DNA of 59,699 bases, filler included, from Sphacelaria rigidula (taxonomy: Eukaryota), in NCBI GenBank assembly GCA_964200075.2. It is 9 parts of 9 records of this genome, joined end to end, with 100 filler letters (N's around TTAATTAATTAA, not from the genome) between each part and the next. Parts side by side here need not be neighbours in the genome. Positions count along the whole stretch, not along the records: positions 46,512 to 53,055 come from CAXNAA020019441.1; positions 53,156 to 59,699 come from CAXNAA020019442.1; 7 more parts are not named here. One strand, written 5' to 3'. Position numbers and translations under genes: made by a program. Positions 49,901-59,699 of this stretch are shown one piece after another (the stretch's first letter is position 1; each line of letters begins with the position of its first letter). The notes beneath the pieces were generated by a model. That model saw only the letters and a list, made by a program, of their open reading frames with translations. It ran no database searches and was not told where the DNA came from.

Positions 49901-50438
49901 TGCCTCGGTTCCAAAACGTTGAGAAAGGGGGTGTGACACCTTGCAATCTCGACACTAAGCTGGGTCGCGGGGGGCAGCTGCGCTACTACTTCGTACAAAA
50001 TAGTAAAGCAGAATGCAGGATAGCACGGTGGAATCCTGCTGAGATGGATGAGAACACAGCGGGAGGGCTGTGCCAGGCTGCTGTACTATACTATCCTGTG
50101 CCTTCACATCCAACGCCAACGGCGTGAGAACAAACCGCAACAATAACCGGACATTGTTGCTGTAGTTCACTGCACTGACTGTCACGATAACCAAGGTTTT
50201 GCGTCAACTGCGGCCGTTACAGAGGCAATGTAAAAAAAACACTATCTTGTATCGAGACAACGTGGTCTCGATGCTCCACACCCTGGACCTGGCCTCTCCC
50301 ACGTCGCCTGGTAAGGGAGTACCCTCCCAGCAACCTGTACCCGGTTCTGACACAACACACAGTACAGTACAGTGGGAACATTAACATTATCAACGCAAGC
50401 AAGCAAATGCTGTGTCTTGTCCGAATCACATAGCCCAC

Positions 50439-50616
50439 CTTGCGGAGTCCTCACAGCTGCGGAAGGACCTTTTTTCCTCTTCTTCTTGCCCGTCCTCATG
50501 GGTGGCCTCGGCTCAAATTTCTTCTTCTTCTTTTGCTCGTCCTTCTTGTTGCCTCCAGGCCCACCAGGCGGCCCACCGCCCGGCGCGCCCGGCATCCCGC
50601 TAGCCCCTTGTCCCAT
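50439..50616 (-). CDS. RPT2: 26S proteasome regulatory subunit 4 (RPT2/PSMC1), exon 1
   Basis: MGQGASG...KKKKKFEPRPPMRTGKKKRKKGPSAAVRTPQ-G|gtgggc, the characteristic RPT2 N-terminus with Met-Gly start. Confidence 0.95.
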
Positions 50617-51139
50617 TTTCGCTCCACTCCTACTGTAAGATCAGTTGTTGACGCCAAGACTGCGAGATTCGACAGAGGTTCCGCGACTAAACGTCAACGG
50701 TGCGTAGTTCTGCCTTACCGCTGTGGTGACCCAGTGCGTCGCAGCGCCCTCGTCTGGTTGGTATACGGGTATAAACCATTCTTGAGAGATCGGTTATGGA
50801 CAAAATATTTCATGGCGATACTAAGTGCGATACTTCTGATAAACGCGGTGGAACCAATGCCTATTCGAAGTTAAGCAGACTGGGGACTGTCGTACTGTTG
50901 CGCACCGACTTGCACAAAAACGGCGAGTCAAATTGGCTGTCCCTTTCGTCGGCGCATGTCGGATGGCAACTTGCGCTCGCGGATAGTACTGTATCTGGGT
51001 TCATGTATGATCATCCCAGTGATGGGCAAGAAGCCATAGTGCGGACAGTACAGCAGTACCGAGCCCAACGCATAAGTCATCGCAGTGTCAAACCTGCCGC
51101 GGTGTATATTACAGCAGTTCATAGGCGCAGGATAGGAAC
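50617..51139. promoter_or_regulatory. Putative bidirectional promoter/5' UTR region
   Basis: 523 bp, with no recognised repeat, between divergent start codons. Confidence 0.45.
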
Positions 51140-51832
51140 ATGTCTTCGGCCAGTCCGCGGATGTCTGCCCGTGGCAACTCTGCACAAGCTCGTCGTCTGA
51201 CAGGAGTGCAACGAAAAATCAGAGGGAAGCTCCCGCCGGTCACCAATGCAGCAGCAGCAGCAGCAGTAGCAGTAGCAACAGCAACAGCAACAACAACATC
51301 CCTTCCTAAAATGCAACCGGATACTGAGCCCACAATTTCTGCTACAGCACAATCTACTGAGGTTGCACCTTTCTCCCCAGCTGAGCCCGTGACATCAAAC
51401 TCTGTACCGCTTGGCCCTGGGGAGACTAAGCCGGACAATACAGCGCCATCCACCCCTGCTGAGGCACCTCCACATGCTGACGTCGCTACAGCACTACCAT
51501 TCTCGAATGAAGCACATTCAAATGATGATCTCGAGGTGCCATCCTTCTCGGCCGAGGAAGGTTCAAATGCCGATGTCAACGCATCATCCTTCCCGATTGA
51601 GGCACGTTCAAATGCTGATCTCGAGGCGGACGTAGCTTCAACCACATCATCCACTGAAACGGCACCTCTTTCTGGTGAGCTAGCTCGTGGCCCCAAACGA
51701 TTTCAGTTGATATCTGTCCCATATGACCGCGATACATATATCGACTGTCTAGAGGGTATCGTATCGTACAAGACGGAGACTGTCGATTTACTCAAAAGGG
51801 TATTTATTTACTCTTCATTTGTGCCCCCGCAG
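51140..51832 (+). CDS. First exon of an unknown protein with a 15-aa repeat
   Basis: ATG...CCG CAG|gtatcg, 693 nt, phase 0; 45-nt repeat (TCA AAT at 51518, 51563, 51608); globular-looking end. Confidence 0.6.
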
Positions 51833-52184
51833 GTATCGTGCAGAAGTACAGTATCCCCGTTCTCTGGTGGTCGGTGTTTCGTTTGTTCAATCCTTTACCG
51901 CACGGCCTCGGGCATAATGCTGGCGTTTTCTAAAGTAAAATATTCGGAGCGGGTGCTGAACCAATCACATCGACAGAGGGCGTGGGACTTCGCGGCTAGC
52001 AATCGAAATCCAATATGTTTTTACCCGGAAAGCACGCCCAGGTACCCATGGGTGATTGAGATGACTGGTGCCGACACAATCTGAATATCGTGATGGAGTC
52101 ACTCGGAGTCTGACGGATTAAAGCTAGTTGATCACACAGCATGAGCGTTTGCGACCTTTTTCGAGAATTGATGTCAGGTCTCAC

Positions 52185-52548
52185 TGTGTGGGTGTGTGTT
52201 GTCGTCCCTTCTATTCTGGACGCCGGCGTCTACGCGTTTCTGTATATGAGGACGCACCAGCCGGGGTCACACAGAAACGGTCATCACAGGGGTTTCATAT
52301 ATATATTTGTTGTTTTTAGTACCGTACCTTCCTTCTGCGGTGCTTGACTTCATTTTTTATCGCGAGAGGGGTTCAGCCGTCGCTTTCCGTCGTCGACCGT
52401 TAAGTCGACTTTTGTGTACGCACGACATAGTTGCTCTCCACTGTTGGGCATGGTGTGAGAACAAATCCCAGATCGCTCCGAGATTCGAACCCCCGACCCA
52501 GCCATCAAAAGGTTCCGAGGTGACCAACTGAGCCACCGGGGTGACCGG
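52185..52548 (-). mobile_element. tRNA-derived SINE, full length
   Basis: Reverse complement of the A box (CCAACTGAGCCA), B box (GATTCGAACC) and tail. Confidence 0.88.
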
Positions 52549-52828
52549 TCTCTGACACGGAAAATTAATACGGAGGGATCCTGAAAAATGGAAACAATGT
52601 TTTTACGGAATCAAAGTGAGGTCGAAATTGTTGATCATATTGCAACAGCTACCCGTCGAACGTACCATTGAAGGATGGTTCAAAGGTATGCTTAACGGGT
52701 GCCAATTTCGACCTCGGTTCGTTCCAGTATAAAAGTTCATTTTTTTCCGATCCGGAGGTAATAATCTGTTCGTTACATCAGTTTCCAACCACACCACATC
52801 CTGGACAACATACGAATTCAAACTTGCA

Positions 52829-53055
52829 ATATGTGGGTGTATCAGCCGGGGTCACACAGGAGGAAGGTCTACATCTTTCGGTGTATGTGGGTGTATCAGC
52901 CGGGGTCACACAGGAGGAAGGTCAACACAGGAGCTGTTTTTTTTTTTTTTGATGCCCCACCTTCCTTCTGCGGTGCTTGCCTTTTTATTTTATCGCGAGA
53001 GGGGTTCAGCAATCCCTTTCCCTCGTCGACCGTTAAGTCGAATTTTGTGTACCCA
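52829..53055 (-). mobile_element. SINE fragment with a 54-bp-period internal duplication, cut by contig end
   Basis: TATGTGGGTGTATCAGCCGGGGTCACACAGGAGGAAGGTC at 52830 and 52884. Confidence 0.85.
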
Positions 53056-53569
53056 NNNNNNNNNNNNNNNNNNNNNNNNNNNNNNNNNNNNNNNNNNNNT
53101 TAATTAATTAANNNNNNNNNNNNNNNNNNNNNNNNNNNNNNNNNNNNNNNNNNNNGAAAGCACTGTTTTAGGCTTGAGCCTCATCTCGAAGTTAAACCTC
53201 AATTCGCACAATTTGTTGTTATCCTTGAAAATAGAACACCTTCTGCCAACTCGCCAGCTGGCGGCCGCACTTGCGTGTGCAGCTGCAAGGTCGTGGCCAT
53301 TGTCGTCGCGCACGGTTGCTCCAGCTGCAGCCGTCGTGCCAACACAGCTAGTGCCTGTGCCGGCTGTGTTATCTGCCGGGACGGCAAGACCGGCTTCCCG
53401 TCAAGATACATCGCCCCGAGAAACGAGCAGAAGTGCGTCGGCGGCAAACCGTGGAAACTTGTCTTGGCGACCGCCTACGGGAGGCACTCGAGTAGGCGTT
53501 GGGTCGATGCCGTTGGCAGGCGGTGTATATTCATTCGGGCCAGGGCTGGCGGGATGCGACTGAGGTGTG

Positions 53570-53930
53570 GTTGGGCAGGCGCCGGTGATAATTAGCGAAG
53601 ACTCGTTCGGTCGAGCGTCGGGACGGGGCGGTCGAGCGCCGGCGAGAGGTGGCCGAGAAGGAAGTGGGCGGGCACTGGTGGCAGTTGGGAGGGACTCGTT
53701 CGGCCGAGCGTCCGCGGGGGGTGGCCGAGCGCCGGCGGGAGCCGGCCGACATTGGTTTGTGTAGACCCCGCTGGCAGGTCGAGGTGTGAGTGGGCAGGCG
53801 CCGCTGACAAGTGGGAGAGACTCACTCGACCGCGCGCCGGCGGGAGGCGGCCGAAAAGGGATCGGGTCGGCGCCGCTTGCAGGTAGCGGAGACTCATTCG
53901 GACGAGCGCCGACGGGAGGTGGTCGAACGA
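53570..53930. repeat. GC-rich degenerate tandem repeat (GACTCGTTCGG-CGAGCGCCGGCGGGAGGTGGCCGA)
   Basis: Motif recurs about 6 times; likely TE-internal. Confidence 0.7.
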
Positions 53931-55006
53931 CTGCTGCGCGATGCGTCCCAAGTAGAGGCGGTCAAGGCAGGTGCAGCGAAGCAGCAGCTATCAATATACA
54001 CTACTCTTGATTCCGCCGTGAGGACAACTCTGTAGTATTTGTGATGGAAACGCGGAGGAAGTTATGCCTTGGCAACGACATGTGCGGGCGATGGGCTTGC
54101 AGCGGCTGCTACAAGATTTGTAACCGTGACCTCAACGTCGAGTGCTGTCAACGCGACAAGAGCATCTGCCAGTTTTGCGAATGCCAAAGGTGAGTCCGTG
54201 ATTGGCAAAGTGCAATTTCCTCCCATATCGCTGATCCCCGTGTCTGAGCGTCGGAGTGTTGTGTGCGATGTATCGGTGTTAGGTTCAGCTTCATTTCCAA
54301 GTGGAATGAACGGCCGAAGGAGAGGACGGTGAATACAACATACATGATCCGAAAACTCTAAAGACAACCGTGGTAATGAACATTCAGAACCGTAATCGAA
54401 TATGCTTACGCTCAGTCGTGAGGATGAGGATTACATGTAGGATACTGCGTGCATGTTGGATTGCATGATTATGACACAAGGGTTATGTGGACGGAATAAC
54501 CGGAATGTGGGGGGATGTTGAAGCATTCCCTACAGGAGGCGCTTCATCGGATTGTGTGATATGACGCATTCCTGATGTTATTCCGTAGTGTGGCACAACA
54601 CTTGCCAGCCACCCGAGTTCAGTTGTTGTTGTTGTTGTTGTGGTCGTCCTTCATGTTGTGTATTGGTTTTATGTGAGGCTACAAGGGTTACGGTATGAGG
54701 TCATGAGGTGGATAATGATGGAGAGATAACGAGAAAAGGGGTATCATCGCCACCGATGCACTGAGCTTCTTCTCACGCTTATTAAGCTAGCGTACGTCGA
54801 CTGGTGTGAGTCTCGTGCATGAGGTGAGCCATGTGTTGGTGCAGGAGGTTCTGCTACTCGAGATGTGAGTGGGCGACATGGGCGGCCGAAGGCTGTTATT
54901 GTACGGGGTGTAAGCGATTGAGAATACAAGAATGGGTTGAGAGAGTAACGCCGAATTCTTCGGGGCGAAGAGAGGTGATGGCATACGAACTTAAGAAGTA
55001 CGAGAT

Positions 55007-55315
55007 GTGGTTGGGACAGAGAGATCTAGAGAAAGGCAACGGACGGTAGAGCAGAAGAGAGCATGGTTGGAGATCGAGGAAAGAGAGGCAAAACGGAGGG
55101 TGATCGCGAGACTTGCGAAACAGCTGGAGGAACTCAAGACGGCTCTTGAGAAAATGAAGGTGAAGGAAGAAGATACCGTGAAAAGCGGACCGGAACAAAA
55201 CGGTTTTGATTTCGAGACAAGCGGGGAACCCCCCGCGAACGTCAGCGACAACATCAGCAGCAACAGCGACAGCAGCGACAGCAGCAGCAGAAGCATCAGC
55301 ATCAACAACAGCAGT

Positions 55316-55347
<32 letters not shown>

Positions 55348-55696
55348 TAACAGCAACAGCAGCAGCAATAACAGCACGAGGGGTACCACTGACAGCATGA
55401 GGAGTACAAGCGATGAGGACTCCCACATCAATGACCCGGCTGTGTCACACGGAATACCCTCACTTCCTTTCGATCAAGGAAAATGGTCCGACCAGAGCGG
55501 GCGAATCCTTCTGACAATCGGGGAGGACTGCCCTTTCGATCGGGGGAGGCTGACGGAGGCTTTTACTGGGGATCGATGGAGACGTTCTTGTTCGGAGCAA
55601 CATCAGCAGCACGTTACATCACGGCAGTTTTGTGCCGGAAAAGGCACGTATTTTTTTTTACAGTACAGTATTTCAGTGATTTTACTTGCAGGCTAA
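55007..55696 (+). other. ORF at the gag position of the LTR element: coiled-coil plus Ser-rich, function unknown
   Basis: 229-aa frame; E/K/R heptad region, (AGC)n tract, duplicated PFDxG(K/R) motif; no gag zinc knuckle seen. Confidence 0.35.
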
Positions 55697-55899
55697 TTTG
55701 CTTGGTTCGAGTGTCGTGTTTCAACATGTATCATGCGTAAGAGTTCACTCGTGTTTTCTTTCTGAGTGTTGGTGTGGTACAACTGCCCTGCATTCCTTTT
55801 CAAATGTTGCTGAATCATTACAGTACTATACTGTATGCCTGGACTTGCAAATAAATTTGTGCCTGCCCTGTACAAGTACTTTTGGGTATGTTTTCAAGA

Positions 55900-56370
55900 G
55901 TGTCGCATGTAGTAGGGGGGTGTTAAACTCTGTGATGTGCGTGTGGATTTTGATTTTGAACACCACGTGCCTCTCAGCAATGTACTGAATTGATTTATGG
56001 TTGACTGTATGTGAACGAAGCGATGCAGTGACAGCACAATTAATGCCGGCACAATGCGGTGCACTCGGCACTGTAGTACTTCGTAACGACAGTGCTATCA
56101 ATACTGCAGGTTGATTGCCCGGCACATTGGGTAAGGCTGATGTGCTATGCAGGTTGTAGCATGTGATAGTGGGAGTTAAGCTCCGTGATGTCTGATTGAA
56201 TTTTGATGTTGAACATGATGTGCCTGACAGCAATGTACTGAGGTTATCGATCACTGACTGTGTGCGAATGAAGTGATACAGTGACAATACGGTGTATTTT
56301 ACACTGCAATGCTCTGTAACCGCGGTGCTATTAACACTGCCTGTTGATCGCTCGGAACACTGAGCAGGGA
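55900..56370 (+). repeat. Diverged ~253-bp two-unit duplication
   Basis: TTTTGAT-TTGAACA...GTGCCT--CAGCAATGTACTGA...GTGCTAT-AA-ACTGC repeated. Confidence 0.7.
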
Positions 56371-58354
56371 TGGTTTACTGTACTGGTTTCGTCCCATTTT
56401 GTCGAGATTATCATTATTTTCCGTCGTGTTTTACTGTAGACACCCCCAAACCTGACGTGAATTTTTCCCCACACGTCTTGTCATGTAGGATTGGACAGTG
56501 ACATGCAGTAGGAGTTGGAGTGTTTGATTGACCGCCCCTACTTGGGTCCGGGGGGGGGCGTACTCATTTGTTGCTTGCCTTAGTCGTTTGACCATTGACC
56601 TGCTTAGGTCCGGGGAGGCGATGATACATACGATCATACTATCATGCATGTTATTACTGCAGTTCCCCCGTAAATTGTTTCCCTGCGTGTTTGATGATTT
56701 GAAAAGATGATATGTCCGCACCATCCGGATGAGACATGTTCATGTGACGTAGTATCTTACTTATTTTCACGTAAGACAGTACAGCAATGCATGCTCTACA
56801 ACCGTGTTCTCATGTAAGAGTGTTGTGCGTGTTGAAAACGATGCTCAAACTACGCAGTGTGTTGGTTTCTCTGTGTACAACCTACTGCAGAAAGCTGTGT
56901 GTCGACTATCACAGTCGAGACTGTTTTTTTTCACGGACTGGCGTGCATTTTCGCAAATTGCCCCCGCGACGTTTTTGTGCTATACTGTTCAACACATATA
57001 TACTAATATACTACACAGAAATTTTATTTCACAGAAATGGGCTTCTTCGCAAGTAATTTCGATCGACAATAAAGGAGGATTTTTTTCATCATTGTCCTGC
57101 GTTGTTGTATGAGATACCACAGTACAGTAGTACGGTATCGTGTGAACGTTCGTGGATGGATGTGACTACTCATTTTTGCCGATCTCCCCTCGAACGCCCT
57201 ACCTGCCCTGCGTTGCTGACGAGTCAACCCCTCACGGGAGAGACGAGTGACTGCTTCTCCACCCAGGCGGATGCACATATGACGAAGGCCAACCCCAGAA
57301 CGATGCAAGAAGTGACGAGCGAAAATCCGCGTTGGGGGCCAAAGCAATTACTGTAGTGCATACGACTGGATGGAGAAGCAGTGCCCGGGGCAGCGGTCAA
57401 AAACGCTGGGCAAATCATGTTGCTGGTATTGTGACATGAGGCATTTTCGATTCGAGTTCATCTTTTCTTTTTTGTGCTTTTTGGATCCCCAATTGAATTT
57501 TGGATGTGTCTTTGGACTTGAGTTTTTGATTTTTGTTTTTTTGGATTAGATGCTTTGGTGTTGGGTTTTGACTTTGGGTGTGGATATTAAATTAATTTTT
57601 TTGGTAAATTGCGGGTCGTTCCTTCAAAATAATTTCTGCTTTCAGTGCTACATTTTAAGGCCGTACAAAGTTTGGTTGTATTCTGCATGGCTTTCGGGTA
57701 GGATGAAAATGGTACATGCGTATGTCCTCAACTCTTTGATGCGCCCTACTCATGCCGTCGACATCGCTCGGTGGTGGGGGAGGGGTGAAGTATCAACTCC
57801 GCCGACGACGTCGCCGACACTGTCGAAATAAATCGGCACTCCCTCCTCCGCCAGCTCCTTCCGATCCACCGAGACCCATCACACCAACCGTCAACCCTCA
57901 TATCCACCGTTTGCACAAGATTCCGTCGCCCTAACGCCGACGCTCCCGTTTACGTCGGCATGTACGATACATATCACGCTTCCCGCCCCAAAACCATTGG
58001 GCCGTCCCTACCGAGACAATTTCATTCACCATCTTCTACGATTCCCACCGTGCGATGGCTGCCGCCGTTCACCTACACCATCGTCCATTGCCTAGCGACA
58101 AATACCACCTCTACCCGCTACGCCGACAACGATGCTGTCCAGGGAACCACACCGCATTCCAAGATCTTCGCCGCACCATGGCTGCTGCAGTCCACCGTTG
58201 ACACCCTGTCGCGGCCACCTTCCACAATTTCCCACAGTGCCGCCGCCTTCCAGTGACTGCATATTTCACCTTCCTTTTTCCAATATTCCCTCCACAACCG
58301 AACGCCGAATTCGAAGTTTTTCCAGCCGACACCACTGACACCACTCCAGTCAAC

Positions 58355-58465
58355 ATCGGAGCTGGGGGGCGCGGGGGGAAAGTCGTGTAGAAGGATATCG
58401 GAGCTGGGGCGCGCGGGGGGAGAGTCGTGGAGAAGGATATTGGAGCTGGGGGGTACGGGGGAGTA
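58355..58465 (+). repeat. ~42-bp G-rich minisatellite, about 2.6 units
   Basis: ATCGGAGCTGGGG--GCGGGGGGA-AGTCGTG-AGAAGGAT. Confidence 0.85.
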
Positions 58466-58949
58466 GTCCACCGTGCAAAAAATGGATTGAAAACGGTAGT
58501 AGTCGTATGTTTTGGTTGTTTCACGTATGTGTTTGTTTACGGCTCTGAACGTGGAGTGGAGTTTTGTAATGTGTAGGGTGATTGAAGGAGTAATCCTCAA
58601 GAGATTCGTCGACTACCGCACTTGTATGGTATTTTGTTTGAAATGATGGTGAAGTTGGAGACAAGATTGTCGTTGCTGTTCAAGGGACGGAAATGAAGTT
58701 GATTTTTGTTCGCAGGGATAATAAAGTCGGAAGCAAGATTTTCGGGACTATTCCCGGTAAAATAGTGAAAGTGGACTGATTATCGTCGATGATCGATCTG
58801 GTCACACTTTGAAGTTGGACGCACAATTTTCGGGATTGTTTTTATTTGTTTTGAAAATTTGAGTGATTCATGGTGGACACTTTTCTGCAGATCGTCCGTG
58901 AGGATTGAGTTGAGAGATATGTGCCAACACTGAGTACATGATCAAGGCA

Positions 58950-59250
58950 TTTTGTGTAGAGGTAGCCTCAGGGGGGCGATATTTTGTGATCTGAATATTA
59001 CTCCCGATTTTCCGAAGGCGGAAATGCGTGTTGTACGTCACGGAGGTCAGTATACTGACATCGTTGTTGAAGACAAGGAATATTTATTTTAGATGGAAGG
59101 CTAGCGTTTGATACTACTCCAATATGAACTTTATTTGAGTCTGAATCGGAACGTGCATTGACACCGTAGTACTCTCTCGGTAAGAACGAGGAAGCTAAGA
59201 TGCTTCGCATCTGTTGTACAGTATGATTATCCTTGATTGAAGTCAGGGGG
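58950..59250 (+). pseudogene. Decayed Copia RNase H-like segment
   Basis: Frameshifted traces of SGGAI-C...KCV...TE-QY...KE-LF...N-NVH, at the expected position before the PPT. Confidence 0.4.
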
Positions 59251-59699
59251 GGGTAAGATGTTGGACTTGAATGAAGATTGATGATCATGGTATGAGATTG
59301 TAGTTGCCCGAGCAAGAAAATCGAAATATAAGATGCAATACGAGGGTTCAGTGTTTGAACGTTGAAAGTCTATTTATTGTAGGCGAATTAGTGAAACTTG
59401 TGTGTGGGTAAAAAGGGCATACACTTGTCGGGTTCATGTCCTCTTTCTTTTGTCCAGATAGTAAGGCTTTGGTATATATGTGTGACTTTGTGAAGTAATT
59501 CTGAGCATATGAGCGATATCATCCTACGTCATTACGTTCTCGGGATCACGACTGCGCCGTAACCAGGGGAGCTAATCGAATATGCTTACGCTCAGTCGTG
59601 AGGATGAGGATTACATGTAGGATACTGCGTGCATGTTGGATTGCATGATTATGACACAAGGGTTATGTGGACGGAATAACCGGAATGTGGGGGGATGTT

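Larger units (their letters stand above)
54393..59699 (+). mobile_element. Copia-like LTR retrotransposon, non-autonomous; 3' LTR cut by contig end
   Basis: 54393-54519 identical to 59573-59699; purine tract AGGGGAG directly before the 3' copy; candidate 5' LTR end TACA at 54683 followed by GGGTTACGG (PBS-like). Confidence 0.75.

Noticed and set aside
21243..50616. Cell-cycle/proteostasis gene cluster (POLE, cyclin, Sfi1-like, AAA, RPT2)
   Set aside because: Each gene is on a different artificially joined contig

Overview
Eukaryotic nuclear DNA, most likely a brown alga (inferred from long GT-AG introns, short exons, CCCTAA repeats and gene style). The window is not one locus. It is nine unrelated contigs of 6544-6545 bp joined by identical 100-bp artificial spacers (44 N + TTAATTAATTAA + 44 N), so nothing can be inferred across spacers. 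Gene fragments recognised by eye, with phase-consistent splice sites: an ABCG/White transporter (2 exons), DNA polymerase epsilon catalytic subunit (4 exons), a divergent cyclin (2 exons), an Sfi1-repeat protein (2 exons), a CDC48/AFG2-type double AAA ATPase (one 2.7-kb exon), proteasome RPT2 (2 exons) head-to-head with an unknown gene, and an unknown low-complexity gene. The rest is mostly transposable elements: nine copies of a tRNA-derived SINE, many MITEs with definable TIRs/TSDs (some carrying telomere-like repeats), decayed Gypsy remnants, and a Copia-like LTR element whose LTRs start with TA. The most striking locus is an intronic Helitron remnant with an OTU-like domain downstream of its helicase, a 1.35-kb internal inversion at a 5-bp microhomology, and two nested MITEs. 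No CRISPR, rRNA or true tRNA was found. All family assignments are motif recognition, not database searches.
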